DNA of 64,000 nucleotides from a phage: sequence record PV946933.1, one strand, 5' to 3'. Positions within the stretch are counted from its first letter, which is position 1, and each line of letters starts with the position of its first letter. The notes beneath the pieces were generated by a model. The model was not told the origin of the DNA. It was given only the letters and a program-made list of their open reading frames with translations, and did not search any database. Both the position numbers and the translations under genes were made by a program. Positions 20,224-37,511 of this stretch are shown piece by piece.

Positions 20224-20886
20224 ATGAAATATTTAATATATCAAATTACTAATATCATCAATGGAAAAATTTACATCGGAGCTCATGCTACTCTTGACGA
20301 AAACGATGGTTATATGGGTTCTGGCGTAAACATCAAAAAATCCATCAAAAAATATGGTATTCATAACTTTAAAAAAGAAATTCTTTATTCTTTCTCCTCA
20401 TCTGAGGAGATGTATAAAATGGAAGCTTTACTAGTCAATGAGGAATTCGTTATGAGAACTGATACTTATAATGCTGCTATTGGTGGTAGAGGAAATCCAG
20501 TTATAGTTCATTTGCAAGATCCTTCATATCGTAATATGTTATCAATGCGAACAAAAGAAGGAATGACTGCGGAAGCTAAACGAAAAATATCAAAGGCAAA
20601 AACAGGCGTTAAGCAATCTGATGAAACTATCGCGAAGCGAGTTAAAGGGCGCAATGAATATTATAAAACACATGTTCATCCACGAAAAAATAAACCTATA
20701 TCGATTTCACATCGTAAAGCTATTTCTGAAAAACTTAGCGGTATTAAAAAATTTATTCCAATATGTATAAAGGGTGTCAAATTTGATAATCCTGATTACG
20801 CAGCGGAGCATTTTAAAGTTAGTCCTAAAACTATTCGCAATTGGATAAATGCGGATGATATGCCTGATTGCTATCGTATAAAATAG
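20224..20886 (+). CDS. segD: GIY-YIG homing endonuclease (SegD-like)
   Basis: N-terminal KIYIGAH...YMGSG GIY-YIG module; sits between 23 and 24 as T4 segD; start codon uncertain (20185 or 20224). Confidence 0.7.
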   Translation: MKYLIYQITNIINGKIYIGAHATLDENDGYMGSGVNIKKSIKKYGIHNFKKEILYSFSSSEEMYKMEALLVNEEFVMRTDTYNAAIGGRGNPVIVHLQDPSYRNMLSMRTKEGMTAEAKRKISKAKTGVKQSDETIAKRVKGRNEYYKTHVHPRKNKPISISHRKAISEKLSGIKKFIPICIKGVKFDNPDYAAEHFKVSPKTIRNWINADDMPDCYRIK

Positions 20887-20890
20887 AAAA

Positions 20891-20910
20891 AGGGAACCCG
20901 AAGGTTCCCT
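20891..20910. terminator. hairpin agggaacc-cgaa-ggttccct
   Basis: follows the gene 23 stop on the minus strand with a T-run. Confidence 0.55.
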
Positions 20911-20935
20911 AAAATTGTGCTTCTATCGTTAGAGA

Positions 20936-22501
20936 TTAGATACCTTTAACATATACACGTCTAAAGTAAGCGTTTTTACCAAGGCTATTCAGAATAGAAG
21001 GCATACCGCTCTGGATGCGAGAAGCCGGAGCCTGAGCAGCGGATTCTGCAAATGGGTTGATACCGATACCGTAACGAGTTTTGAATCCCATTACTGGTTG
21101 GAAGTTCTTCGGATCGGAACCACGCAGCGGAGTCAGAGCTACATATGGAGCATAGTAAATACCAGCATCCATTTCGTTCGGACCTTTATAACCTACAGTG
21201 AAATAATCCTGTTTAGCATACTGGTCGATATATACACGGTATTTACCACCCAGAACGCCGGCAAATACTGACTTGGTAGTATCAGTGTTAAAGCCGGTAG
21301 CCAGACCCTGTGCAGCATAAGAAATGCCAGTATCAACTGAAGCCAGAACGTTAACTACGTTACGGGAAGCGATAATGAAGTTACCTTCACCACGACCGGT
21401 CTGACGAGCAATTTCAACTGCTTCTTTGTCAATCTGGAACAACAGAGCTTTAAAGGATTCACCCGCCCAGCGAGCACCACGAATATCAATTGGATCCTGG
21501 AAGTCAAATACACCAGCTTTAGAACCCGGAGTCAGGGTCATACCAGATTTACCAACCTGTGCGGAGTAGTTAATCCAATCAACAATTTCACGGTTGATTT
21601 CCAGCATGATTTCGGTAGCCAGAATACCAGACAGTTCAGCATCAGCATCCATACCGTGAACAGCGCGGAGGTCTTGTGCTAATTCGATAGAGTAAGCAGC
21701 TTTCAGCTGGCGAGATTTAGCTTCGATAACTTGCTTATCGATACGGAAGCCCATTTCATTCCATGGGTTATCGGTAGAACCGTTGAAACCTTCCTGGAGT
21801 TCAGCGATAGAAGTAGCCATACCTTCAGCGATTTCTACCAGTACACCAGCTTCCATTTGTTTCTTAATTTCAGCATCTAATTTAGCTGCGTCAGTTGCAC
21901 TAGTATCAATTTGCTTAGCTTCTGTAGCTTGCAGATACACAGTACCAGTGTCCTGGAAGAAGTGGGTGTAAATAGTTCCAACTTCAAGAGTATCACTTGC
22001 TTTCAAAGCAGCGAATTTCTTAGCAGCACCCTGACCAGAGAACATTGCATCTGGACCATACATTGGGTGGAATGCTTCTTTAGCACCGGCAGCGATTGGG
22101 TCTTTACCATATACTGCGCGCAGTGCGAATACCTGACCGGTCGGGCTGTTCATCGGCTGAACACCGCAAATATCGAAAGCAATCAGGTTAGGAATAGCAC
22201 GACGTACCATACCCATAACAGCTGGGCCAATCTGAGTTACTGCGCCAGAAGTCTGACCTGCAGCGATGTTAGTAGCGTTGTAACCGTGGTCACCACCGAT
22301 TTCAGCTTCTGTTAAGAAAGAACCGAACGCCTGAGCGATTTTTTCGTCTTTGTACTCTGGAGCTGTCTGGAAATCTTTTTCCTGGTTTTCAAAGATTTTA
22401 GCGATAATCGCTTGTTTGCTATTAGCAATTTCCGGTAAACCCTCACCTTCCAGTAATGGCTTCCATTTGTTCAAAAGTTCAGCTTTAGTTTTGATAGTCA
22501 T
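20936..22501 (-). CDS. 23: major capsid protein gp23
   Basis: 521 aa; N-terminal propeptide ending LTEAE/IGGDHGY. Confidence 0.95.
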   Translation of the reverse strand: MTIKTKAELLNKWKPLLEGEGLPEIANSKQAIIAKIFENQEKDFQTAPEYKDEKIAQAFGSFLTEAEIGGDHGYNATNIAAGQTSGAVTQIGPAVMGMVRRAIPNLIAFDICGVQPMNSPTGQVFALRAVYGKDPIAAGAKEAFHPMYGPDAMFSGQGAAKKFAALKASDTLEVGTIYTHFFQDTGTVYLQATEAKQIDTSATDAAKLDAEIKKQMEAGVLVEIAEGMATSIAELQEGFNGSTDNPWNEMGFRIDKQVIEAKSRQLKAAYSIELAQDLRAVHGMDADAELSGILATEIMLEINREIVDWINYSAQVGKSGMTLTPGSKAGVFDFQDPIDIRGARWAGESFKALLFQIDKEAVEIARQTGRGEGNFIIASRNVVNVLASVDTGISYAAQGLATGFNTDTTKSVFAGVLGGKYRVYIDQYAKQDYFTVGYKGPNEMDAGIYYAPYVALTPLRGSDPKNFQPVMGFKTRYGIGINPFAESAAQAPASRIQSGMPSILNSLGKNAYFRRVYVKGI

Positions 22502-22519
22502 TTGTGTTAACCTTTAAAA

Positions 22520-23329
22520 TTAGAAACGAGATGCGACTTTCGCATATACACTTACAATATCTTCTGCACCAGGTGCAGTTTTATCTTCTACAGCTTCAGT
22601 GACGAAATTCAGTCCGGCTGCTTCAGTATCAGGAGTATTTATACCCTCAGTAATAGTGCTTTCATCTTTATTAGACTTCTTCACCATTTCTACGATGGCA
22701 CTCAATTTATTTGAGAATTCATCTGAATAATCCATACCTTCGACCAGAGCAGAGACTTTTTCTTTTTGAGACTCAGTCAGATCTTTAGTACTTTCGCTCA
22801 ATGCCACTTCACGCTGCACATAATTGATATATGCGTCGCGCATATTGAGTTCTTCGAACAGACGAGCTGATTCTTCTTTATGTTCTTGCAGCTCTTCTTC
22901 CATTTCAGCCACAACATCAACTGATTCTTCTGGAACAACAACGTTGTGTTCAACAAAGAGCTCTTTTAATCCACCAAGCATGGATTCAAACAGTTCGGCT
23001 TTGATGCCTTTATCAACTGCTAATTTATTTTCAGCGAGCCATTCTTTCGCAAGATGGTCGATGAATTTAGAAGCTTGCTCAGCGATTTTCTTCTCAGCTT
23101 TTTCTTCGGCTTCTTCTTTATTTTTTTCTACTTCTTCTTCTGCTTTTTCAGCAATTTTAGCGATATGAGATTCAGCTAATTTAACGGCGTGCTGCTTGAC
23201 GGTAGCTTCGAATACAGTGCCGAAAGTTTCTTTTGCTTCCGGAGAAATATTAACTGATTCGAAAATACTATCAAGAGCAACGGAAGCATCAATTTTTTGC
23301 GCTTCAGCAATCAGTTGTTCTTTAAGCAT
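22520..23329 (-). CDS. 22: prohead core scaffold gp22
   Basis: 269 aa acidic coiled-coil; position. Confidence 0.85.
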   Translation of the reverse strand: MLKEQLIAEAQKIDASVALDSIFESVNISPEAKETFGTVFEATVKQHAVKLAESHIAKIAEKAEEEVEKNKEEAEEKAEKKIAEQASKFIDHLAKEWLAENKLAVDKGIKAELFESMLGGLKELFVEHNVVVPEESVDVVAEMEEELQEHKEESARLFEELNMRDAYINYVQREVALSESTKDLTESQKEKVSALVEGMDYSDEFSNKLSAIVEMVKKSNKDESTITEGINTPDTEAAGLNFVTEAVEDKTAPGAEDIVSVYAKVASRF

Positions 23330-23359
23330 TTTGTAGTCCTGTTGTTTAGATAATAATAT

Positions 23360-23998
23360 TTATAACGCTTTTTTCATGGCCTCTGCGAGAGCCATATAGG
23401 CGTCATCGGCACTTGTATCGGCTTCCGCCGTCTGTGATTCGGTAATTTCCTTAGGAGTTACCCATGCATCTGGAGCACTTGGACCCCATACTGCATCAAC
23501 ACCTACAGTTAATTTGAATCCTTCGTTTACGATACGATAACCTTTATTTGTGTCAGTCAATGAACCTAATCCACGAGAAGAAACTCCTGGAATCCATCCG
23601 GCACGAATATTAGCTGCTAATTTATCTCCAGGACCGTGGTCACCTTCAATAACACGAGCTCGTCCGTATACGTCATTTCCTTTCCACCACATATCTTCTA
23701 TAATGATAGCGGCTTGCATCGGGTCAACATTAGCGCGTGGAGGATGATTTAATTCTCCGAGAGCTTGTTTAGTTAAAACTTGCTCATTAATATAGTCTTT
23801 TACCGCTTTTTCTAATATGCGTTTTGGATAAAGACGTTTATTTCTATTGACGACTTCCGCTTGCATGAATATTCCTTCGATGTATAAACCCGGTTTTAAA
23901 CCTAAGTCTTTTCCATCGTGGGATTCAAGCATTGGCACACCATCAATAATTTCGCCAGGTTGACCCCAAGTTTCAATTAGTAATTGGGGTTCATTCAT
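23360..23998 (-). CDS. 21: prohead core protease gp21
   Basis: 212 aa; position. Confidence 0.85.
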   Translation of the reverse strand: MNEPQLLIETWGQPGEIIDGVPMLESHDGKDLGLKPGLYIEGIFMQAEVVNRNKRLYPKRILEKAVKDYINEQVLTKQALGELNHPPRANVDPMQAAIIIEDMWWKGNDVYGRARVIEGDHGPGDKLAANIRAGWIPGVSSRGLGSLTDTNKGYRIVNEGFKLTVGVDAVWGPSAPDAWVTPKEITESQTAEADTSADDAYMALAEAMKKAL

Positions 23999-24423
23999 TA
24001 GCTTAATCCTAATGCTTTACGGCGTTTAAGAGCTTTTTTACGCTTACGCTGAGCACGAGATTGACCTGCTGGATTGGCAATCTTCGTTTTGGTAGCTTTG
24101 CGAGCAATTTGTCTACGTTTTGCTTTAGACAGCCCAGTGGTTTGAAATGCATTACGTTCGCGTGTTTTGCGGTCTTTAGTACGTGTAATTTCACCACGAG
24201 CTGAAACATGCTTAACAATGAATTCATTTAACGGCATATTTTCATTAATAGAAGCTAATGCAACTGCTAAATCAGTTTCATCATCAAGCATATTCTCGAC
24301 AATTGTATTTATATCGTCTTTATTTAAAGCAGAAGACAATTCGTCAAAGCGACCCTGTGCTTCAGGAATAAGTGCTTCGACATTCTCGAGAACTAATTCA
24401 TGAGTTTCAGGGATCAGAAGCAT
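23998..24423 (-). CDS. 68: prohead core protein gp68
   Basis: 141 aa; position. Confidence 0.75.
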
Positions 24424-24667
24424 TATTCATCATCCTCGTCTTCGTCATCTTCGTCAGAGTCTTTGTCTTTTTTGTCGTCTTTATCATCACCATCTTCGTC
24501 TTCATCATCCTCGTCTTCAGGTTCTTCACCTTCGATTAAGAAATTACGAGCGATAGCGATTTTTTCTTCTTTAATTAAATCAATCGTTCTTGCAGCCATG
24601 GCTTCAGCAAATAATTTACGAGCGGCTACGAGGTCGTTTGATTTAATAGCTTCAATTAAACCTTCCA

Positions 24668-24668
<1 letters not shown>
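24423..24668 (-). CDS. 67: prohead core protein gp67 (acidic DE-rich C-terminus)
   Basis: 81 aa; position. Confidence 0.75.
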
Positions 24669-26293
<1,625 letters not shown>

Positions 26294-26325
26294 TTAAGCA
26301 GGATGGGGATTTCTCCCCATTCATT

Positions 26326-26817
26326 TTATTCCCAATAATCGAGAGCGAGAGTTACTTCAAAGGTTTGGATTTCATTGTTTGAATCCCAATCTAATTGAAG
26401 TTCACCCACGTTGGTAGGCCACAAGCCTTTAATTTCGACTTCTTTTGTTACAGTTTTAGCGTCACGAGCATATTGGCGAACAACAGCGCTCTTTTTATAC
26501 TCTGCTGGTTTTCCACCAGTAATTTCGTTCCCTTGCCCAGCAGCAATGCTTTGCCAGTCAACAAACTTCTGGCGAGCATCATGTGCCTCATCGTTCATTA
26601 CTGTAACAGTCCAGTCATCGAATGTACGATCGCCTGCTACGTTAATTTTACGGTTCATAAATCCGACTGGAATTTTTTCTACAATACCAGCTGGTAAAGC
26701 AGTGGCTTTACATTGAAACGTAAAATTTTGTCCAAGATAAGAAATTTCTACTTGGAATAAGTTAGGTCGAGCAAAATCACCAGATTCAAACGCTCGTGTT
26801 ACATCATCTACAAACAT
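26326..26817 (-). CDS. 19: tail tube protein gp19
   Basis: 163 aa; position. Confidence 0.9.
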   Translation of the reverse strand: MFVDDVTRAFESGDFARPNLFQVEISYLGQNFTFQCKATALPAGIVEKIPVGFMNRKINVAGDRTFDDWTVTVMNDEAHDARQKFVDWQSIAAGQGNEITGGKPAEYKKSAVVRQYARDAKTVTKEVEIKGLWPTNVGELQLDWDSNNEIQTFEVTLALDYWE

Positions 26818-26831
26818 ATTAGCCTCTGTAG

Positions 26832-26839
26832 TATTTATA
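26832..26839 (-). promoter_or_regulatory. late promoter TATAAATA upstream of gene 19
   Basis: motif 15 nt before the ATG; a second copy lies at 26891-26898. Confidence 0.55.
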
Positions 26840-26924
26840 TCCCTATGTTTAACCTAGGGCATATAGAATTAAAGAATTAAGGATATAGTGTATTTATATG
26901 GCCTGCCGAAACAGGCCTTTAGAA

Positions 26925-27482
26925 TCATTCTAGTAAATCCCAAAGATCTACGCTATTTCTTTTTGACTTTTCTCGGTTAGATTCCCAAGTGATTATTTCT
27001 AAATTTTTTACGCTTGCTATAATTTCCGGCGGAATTAAATTATCAAATCCATATTTGATAGATACTTTATGATCGAGTTGGTAAGCACCTTCTACACCGC
27101 ACACTCCTATTTTATCAGCATTCGGCCATTTTGACCAAATTTTTCTTATTTTAGCTGACTTAGTTATAGAATGAACTCTACTAGCATATAATGCAAACTC
27201 TTTTCTTTTACCAGTCCATCGAGGATGTTTATCGCCTCTTTGCCATGGTCTGCTTATTCCGGATTGAACTTCCGAATTTTTAATAGCAACTTGTTTAATG
27301 CTGCATTTTCTACACGCATGTGTGGGTGTTCTATTTAAAAGCTGAATGCTTCTACTAAATTTAATACCGCATAAATCACATTTAGCGTCAACTATTTTAT
27401 TACTATTCTTTGGCATTAATTCTATTGGAACAGATACTGTATCATGATATGATACTTCATATCCTAGAATTGCCGACCACAT
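26925..27482 (-). CDS. HNH homing endonuclease-like protein
   Basis: C-terminal YQLDHKVSIKYGFDN...NLEIITWESNREKSK HNH motif; N-terminal Cys pairs; the ORF-track start at 27569 is a TTG, so the ATG at 27482 is preferred. Confidence 0.65.
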   Translation of the reverse strand: MWSAILGYEVSYHDTVSVPIELMPKNSNKIVDAKCDLCGIKFSRSIQLLNRTPTHACRKCSIKQVAIKNSEVQSGISRPWQRGDKHPRWTGKRKEFALYASRVHSITKSAKIRKIWSKWPNADKIGVCGVEGAYQLDHKVSIKYGFDNLIPPEIIASVKNLEIITWESNREKSKRNSVDLWDLLE

Positions 27483-27547
27483 TTTTGAATGATTTCTTGG
27501 TTTTATTGTAACAAACTTAGAAATAATCACTTGTTTCCTCGAGAATA

Positions 27548-27561
27548 GGGGCCGAAGCCCC
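27548..27561 (-). terminator. hairpin ggggc-cgaa-gcccc after gene 18
   Basis: seen directly; lies between the gene 18 stop and the likely HNH start. Confidence 0.45.
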
Positions 27562-27569
27562 ACAATCAA

Positions 27570-29549
27570 TTAACCTGCAAGACCAGTTAACTCATCGAAA
27601 TCTGCACCAGTAGCAGTTGCGACGAAATTAAGTTGGATATAATTTATACTACGAGCCGGTTGGATGTAGAATGTTGCAACAAACTCATTTCTATCAATTA
27701 CTGACGGAGTGTTATTTGTTGTATCGCAAACTACACGATATTCATAAATTCCACCGAGAGCTTTAATTCCCTGTAAGTATTGGGCAGTTTCTGTGCGGAA
27801 TGATGAACGAGTAAACGCGTTGTTTAATTCGAACAAACGATATTTTGAACTACGTCCGATATTCGTTTTCAACATATTAAACAGACGACGAACGTTAATA
27901 CGATCAAATGGAGAAGGAACAGAAGTAGCTGTTTTATCACCATACAATACGTAACCATCACCACCTGTACCAGTTACTGGGTTGATAGCTTCTTGGTATA
28001 AACGGTCGCGCTGAGCTTGGCGAGTTTCAATAGCAAGTTTAATAACGTTAAGAATCTGACCACGATTATAACCAGCTGGAGACATCCAAGTCTGAGAAAC
28101 GTTATCAGTTCTTGCGCATAAACCGGCAATATCAGCTGCTAATGGAACCCAGCGATTGACATCATTATATTTGTCATATTGATATTTGTAGTTACCATCA
28201 ATTGCTGCGTAGGTTGAACTGATATTAAAGTTATTATCAGTGTATGAACCTGCTGCAGTTCTCCAATTGACTAAGTTATCAACAGCACGAGTTACAGGAA
28301 TTCCAACTACAGTTTCACGCGGTGGTGAGCACAATACTAAGCAATCTTGGCGAGCATCCCCAATTGAAACGACGTGTTTTTGGACAGTAGATGCTGTTTC
28401 TAAAGATTCACCGGCACAAGAACCCGCAATAAACAGCTGAACGTCAACGGATTCACGGTCAGCAAAGAAGTCCCAAGCTTCCATTAAATCTCCTGCTGTT
28501 ACTTCAGCATTTGATGATAATCCACCAGACAGAGTTAAAATTCCAGAGAAGCCTTCTGGCCAGTTTTGTGCAGTTGCAAAAATATATTCTGAACCACCTT
28601 TTGCGAAAAAGTCATCAATATAGATGTTACTATCGTAAATATCTTTTTCGCCACGCTTTGTTGAAAGAACGACGCTTTGAACAATAGCATCATTGCGACG
28701 AACTATAATAGCGTATTGCGAATCAGTTTGTGGTCCATATCCAAACACTGCTTTGGCAGTAGATGCGCGTGTTCCGCCACCTGGATAAATTGGGAGTAAT
28801 GCAGAAGCTCCTTTTGCGTAGTCAGCTTTAGATACGATTTCGATTTCGATTTTATCGCCCAACTCGCCTGGATAAAGAGCTACTACTCCTGGAATTCCAT
28901 ATTTTTCGAGATTTGTTTGAAATTCAACTGCTGTCATAGCAGCTTCAGCATTTTCAATCTCAGCTAATAAAATACCGGAATCAGTAATAATTTTTCCAAG
29001 AGTTATTACTGCAGCTAAACCAGAGGAAGACGAAGAAATTTCCGCGGTCCAGTTAGAACCTAATGCTGGATATTCACCGACTTCTTTCGCTTTAGCGATA
29101 ATTTTTGCGGTAGGAATATTAATTTTCTTAATTTTTCCATCAGCATCTACTTCGGTAATTTTACACTCTGTTTCAACATCTTCTGAAACATACTTAACCG
29201 TGATTTTATCTCCAACCGCGTAGTTACTACCTGGGGTAGAAATAGTGTATTCAATATTACCAGCAATCGGAGATGAGTTTTTAGCGGTATCTCTATCGAC
29301 AGCACGCACAACTCGCAAATCATTTCCGTATTGTAAGAAATTCATTGCAGACATAAAATAGTCAGCAGTTTCAGCTGTAGGTTGACCAAAAGTATTAACT
29401 AAATCTACTTCATTTGTAACCTGTTTAATTTGAAAAGCAGGACCCCACTGGAATTTACCGGCCAAAGCTGCTGTACCAGTAGAGTTATTAACCACGGTGC
29501 TTTGAACCGTAGTTTCTTTGAGCTCAATGCCCGGAGATAATAAAGTCAT
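27570..29549 (-). CDS. 18: tail sheath protein gp18
   Basis: 659 aa; position. Confidence 0.9.
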   Translation of the reverse strand: MTLLSPGIELKETTVQSTVVNNSTGTAALAGKFQWGPAFQIKQVTNEVDLVNTFGQPTAETADYFMSAMNFLQYGNDLRVVRAVDRDTAKNSSPIAGNIEYTISTPGSNYAVGDKITVKYVSEDVETECKITEVDADGKIKKINIPTAKIIAKAKEVGEYPALGSNWTAEISSSSSGLAAVITLGKIITDSGILLAEIENAEAAMTAVEFQTNLEKYGIPGVVALYPGELGDKIEIEIVSKADYAKGASALLPIYPGGGTRASTAKAVFGYGPQTDSQYAIIVRRNDAIVQSVVLSTKRGEKDIYDSNIYIDDFFAKGGSEYIFATAQNWPEGFSGILTLSGGLSSNAEVTAGDLMEAWDFFADRESVDVQLFIAGSCAGESLETASTVQKHVVSIGDARQDCLVLCSPPRETVVGIPVTRAVDNLVNWRTAAGSYTDNNFNISSTYAAIDGNYKYQYDKYNDVNRWVPLAADIAGLCARTDNVSQTWMSPAGYNRGQILNVIKLAIETRQAQRDRLYQEAINPVTGTGGDGYVLYGDKTATSVPSPFDRINVRRLFNMLKTNIGRSSKYRLFELNNAFTRSSFRTETAQYLQGIKALGGIYEYRVVCDTTNNTPSVIDRNEFVATFYIQPARSINYIQLNFVATATGADFDELTGLAG

Positions 29550-29577
29550 TTTTAATCCTCTTTAATATGCTTTAATA

Positions 29578-32718
<3,141 letters not shown>

Positions 32719-32759
32719 GATTTCTCCTAATCTGGGCTTTAATTAGTTTATAATATTTA

Positions 32760-34461
<1,702 letters not shown>

Positions 34462-34474
34462 TTAAAAATCCTTT

Positions 34475-34490
34475 GGGGCCTTGCGGCCCC
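34475..34490 (-). terminator. hairpin ggggcc-ttgc-ggcccc after wac
   Basis: perfect 6-bp GC stem directly after the wac stop. Confidence 0.5.
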
Positions 34491-34493
34491 ATG

Positions 34494-35951
34494 TTATGCT
34501 GGTGATAAAAAGGTAGAAAGTAGTACCCATTCGCCGTCTTTACGAACGTAAGCTTGGCCATCTTTTGGAGCTTCAGGGATATAACCTGCTTCCTGTAAAG
34601 TCTGAACATCCCCCTGTAATGAAGATACATTACTTTTAATACTACGCATTTCTTGATTAATAGAAGAAATGTTAGTTTCATTAGCTTTTATTGAATTAGT
34701 TAATCCGCGCTCTTCTACCGTTGAACCATTTGGATTTGTGCCGCTTACTAGTTTATTTAGTGCAACAACTTGGCCTTTAATTCCAGTAGTGTTATTACCA
34801 ATTTCAACTTGTAAGTTTTGAACATCATTGTTCAGTCTATTAACTGAAGTTTCAACAGTTGAAACCCTATTTAAAAGAGACCCAGGAGGAGAAGGCTGAC
34901 CTCCACTAGAATCAGTTCCAACGATTTGGTTTAGCCATGAAACGTTTGCTCGTAGTCCAGATGAAGTGTTTTCACCAACAATTCCATTTAAAAACTCAAT
35001 TGATGTGGTATTATCTTTAATTCTACCTTTAATACTAGAAGGAATATCATCTGAGCCAATTGACGTTTCAATGACAGTCAATCGTTGTTTAATACCTCCG
35101 CTTTTATTTAGTTCATCATTTAAAGCTGAAACTTCTCGTGTATTAGTGTTAACATCTGTGATTATTGAAGTATTTCCTGGATATCCAATAGAAGTTTTGA
35201 TAGATTTAATTTCGGAACTAAGATTAATCTGCGATTGATCTAAATTATGAACACGTGAATATATGCTTTCACTGAATGAAGATGGTCTTTGTCCAAGTTC
35301 TTGTCTAAGATTTCCGACTTCAATTGTCAGTGAACCTACATCAGATTCAATAAATTTTTCTTCCAAATCACTTAGACGTATTCCTTGGGAAGTTATAGCA
35401 TCTGTATTATTAATGATGCGGTGCTTCATACCCGTGCTGCTATTTCCTACAACAGGAAGACCATTAATGTCTTGCCCAGCATATTGTCCTAATTCTCTTT
35501 TAATCCATAACAAATCATTTCTAATCGTTCTATAAACTGAATTTGCTTGCGAATTAAATGGACCAATATCAGAAAGAATATTATCAACCGTAGTATTTGT
35601 GCCATTTAATATATCAGTGTGTTCATTCGTGAGTGTCTTTAAATTTGATATATCATTTTTATTAATGCTGATCTGTGATAGCGCTTCTATATCTCCTGAT
35701 ACATCTAAAATGCCTTGAATGGTTTTAATATCTTCCTGAGATGTTTCAATGGCAGTTTTAAGAATTCCTACATTTTCGTCGAGAACCTCGACATTTTTAA
35801 ACACGGAAACAGTTGGTCTATTCATTGACCCATCGTTTCCATACTTAGTACTAGCTCCTAATATTTCTTCACCATTTTTAATCCATGAAATACGTTCCTG
35901 ACCTTCGCCAGGAACGCTATCAACAAAAGGTAACTCTTTTAATTCAATCAT
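34494..35951 (-). CDS. wac: fibritin (whisker) with C-terminal foldon
   Basis: C-terminus [27 protein letters not shown]; 485 aa. Confidence 0.9.
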   Translation of the reverse strand: MIELKELPFVDSVPGEGQERISWIKNGEEILGASTKYGNDGSMNRPTVSVFKNVEVLDENVGILKTAIETSQEDIKTIQGILDVSGDIEALSQISINKNDISNLKTLTNEHTDILNGTNTTVDNILSDIGPFNSQANSVYRTIRNDLLWIKRELGQYAGQDINGLPVVGNSSTGMKHRIINNTDAITSQGIRLSDLEEKFIESDVGSLTIEVGNLRQELGQRPSSFSESIYSRVHNLDQSQINLSSEIKSIKTSIGYPGNTSIITDVNTNTREVSALNDELNKSGGIKQRLTVIETSIGSDDIPSSIKGRIKDNTTSIEFLNGIVGENTSSGLRANVSWLNQIVGTDSSGGQPSPPGSLLNRVSTVETSVNRLNNDVQNLQVEIGNNTTGIKGQVVALNKLVSGTNPNGSTVEERGLTNSIKANETNISSINQEMRSIKSNVSSLQGDVQTLQEAGYIPEAPKDGQAYVRKDGEWVLLSTFLSPA

Positions 35952-35960
35952 TTGTAATCC

Positions 35961-37511
35961 TTAGTAATGAACTTTAATAATATAGTTTAATGATATATTC
36001 CATGGTCTAGTTTCATAACCAATTAATCCTTCACGATTAAGTGTACCATGAGCATCTCTCGGTCCACCTAATTCAAATCCATCATTAGTGAAGTATGAAG
36101 CATTATCCCAGTCGGAATATTTTCTAGTTCCAAGATATCCTTGATAAACTGACGCGCCAAATGGGCCTTCACTTCTGTTATATTCACCCCAACCACCAGC
36201 ATGTTTATGGTATGACATTTGTTGTGCCTGAACACCACCAACATGCATTCCGTCACATCCTACACCAAGTCTATCCTTCCCATAGCCATCTTGTCCTCGT
36301 TGATTTAAAATATGACCGCCCGTGCCAGCTCCTCTGACGAAAAGACCTCGCATATCAGGAATGCCAGGGTTATTCCAATCACCACCAAATCTTGTTCCAA
36401 CTGTGTTTCTATAATCAGGATATTGATCTCCTGACACGGTTCCGCCGTGGCACATAATCCAACCCGGAGGTGCTGAATCACCCGCAAACATCATAATAGT
36501 TCCAACTGGAACTCTTTCGGACGCATATCTTTCAGTGGCAACAGGTTGATCGCCATTTTTCCACATACCGCCGCGTGACCAAATTCCGTTTGCTGTAAGA
36601 TGGTCTAAATTTAAAGAACCATTAATAGTTTGTCCACCACGAGTATTAATTACATCTGCGTTCCATGCTAATGCTCCAGAGCTATCACCCTCGGGGGCAA
36701 TACCGGCTTGCGTCGTTAATTTTACCACCCCACGCATAGAACCAGTAGCTCCTCGACCATTTAGTGTTTCACCTGTTACTGCAACATCTCCTAAATTACT
36801 GTTAATTTCCGATTGTGTTCCTAAACGTATAACACCCTTATATTCTTGTGTTGCAACAGAATTCATAAAGGTATACGGAGAAATTGCATATCCTTCGCGG
36901 AGAGTTCCTTGACGAGTTTGCGCAACAGTAGATAATTGAACTACACCTCTCACAGATTCTGATGCAGTATCTTCGGAAGGAGCTATTTGTGAAATTAATT
37001 TTATTGCAAGTTTTTGCGTTTTTAATGGAGTCATTGCCGTAGTATCATCAACTCCAGCTAAAGCTGCAGGTGTTGATGATATTTTAATAACCCCGTTTGA
37101 TGACTCAGACGAATATCTATTTTGGAACACATCGTCAGTATGGTATTTCAGTTTTTGCGGCGTTATTGATGAATTATTATCTGAGCCTTCTAATGTTTCT
37201 TCATTTGTTGAATAGCGCGTTAAACCATACTTAGTTTCAGTAGCATTTGGATACAATAATCTTGTTGCTAATGTAGCTGGTGTAACGATTTTAGAATTAT
37301 TAGTTCCATCTAAAACCTCTTGCTCTGACGCAATCATTGCTATTCCTTTAACTTCCATAGTTGCATCAGGAATACCATTTACGCCGATATTACTTATTTT
37401 TGATAATGCAGACTGCACTGTCGTGACAGTGTCAGGAAAATTCGATCCTACTGGATCGAATTTAACATATTTTGATTCATTTGATACGTGCTGATATGTA
37501 TTGTTACTCAT
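35961..37511 (-). CDS. 12: short tail fiber gp12
   Basis: 516 aa; position. Confidence 0.85.
   Translation of the reverse strand: MSNNTYQHVSNESKYVKFDPVGSNFPDTVTTVQSALSKISNIGVNGIPDATMEVKGIAMIASEQEVLDGTNNSKIVTPATLATRLLYPNATETKYGLTRYSTNEETLEGSDNNSSITPQKLKYHTDDVFQNRYSSESSNGVIKISSTPAALAGVDDTTAMTPLKTQKLAIKLISQIAPSEDTASESVRGVVQLSTVAQTRQGTLREGYAISPYTFMNSVATQEYKGVIRLGTQSEINSNLGDVAVTGETLNGRGATGSMRGVVKLTTQAGIAPEGDSSGALAWNADVINTRGGQTINGSLNLDHLTANGIWSRGGMWKNGDQPVATERYASERVPVGTIMMFAGDSAPPGWIMCHGGTVSGDQYPDYRNTVGTRFGGDWNNPGIPDMRGLFVRGAGTGGHILNQRGQDGYGKDRLGVGCDGMHVGGVQAQQMSYHKHAGGWGEYNRSEGPFGASVYQGYLGTRKYSDWDNASYFTNDGFELGGPRDAHGTLNREGLIGYETRPWNISLNYIIKVHY

Noticed and set aside
21911-22315. 134-aa plus-strand ORF inside the major capsid gene 23
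   Set aside because: Antisense to the most highly conserved late gene; no start signals.
22824-23168. Plus-strand ORF rich in Ser inside gene 22
   Set aside because: Antisense to the acidic scaffold protein gene; composition artefact.
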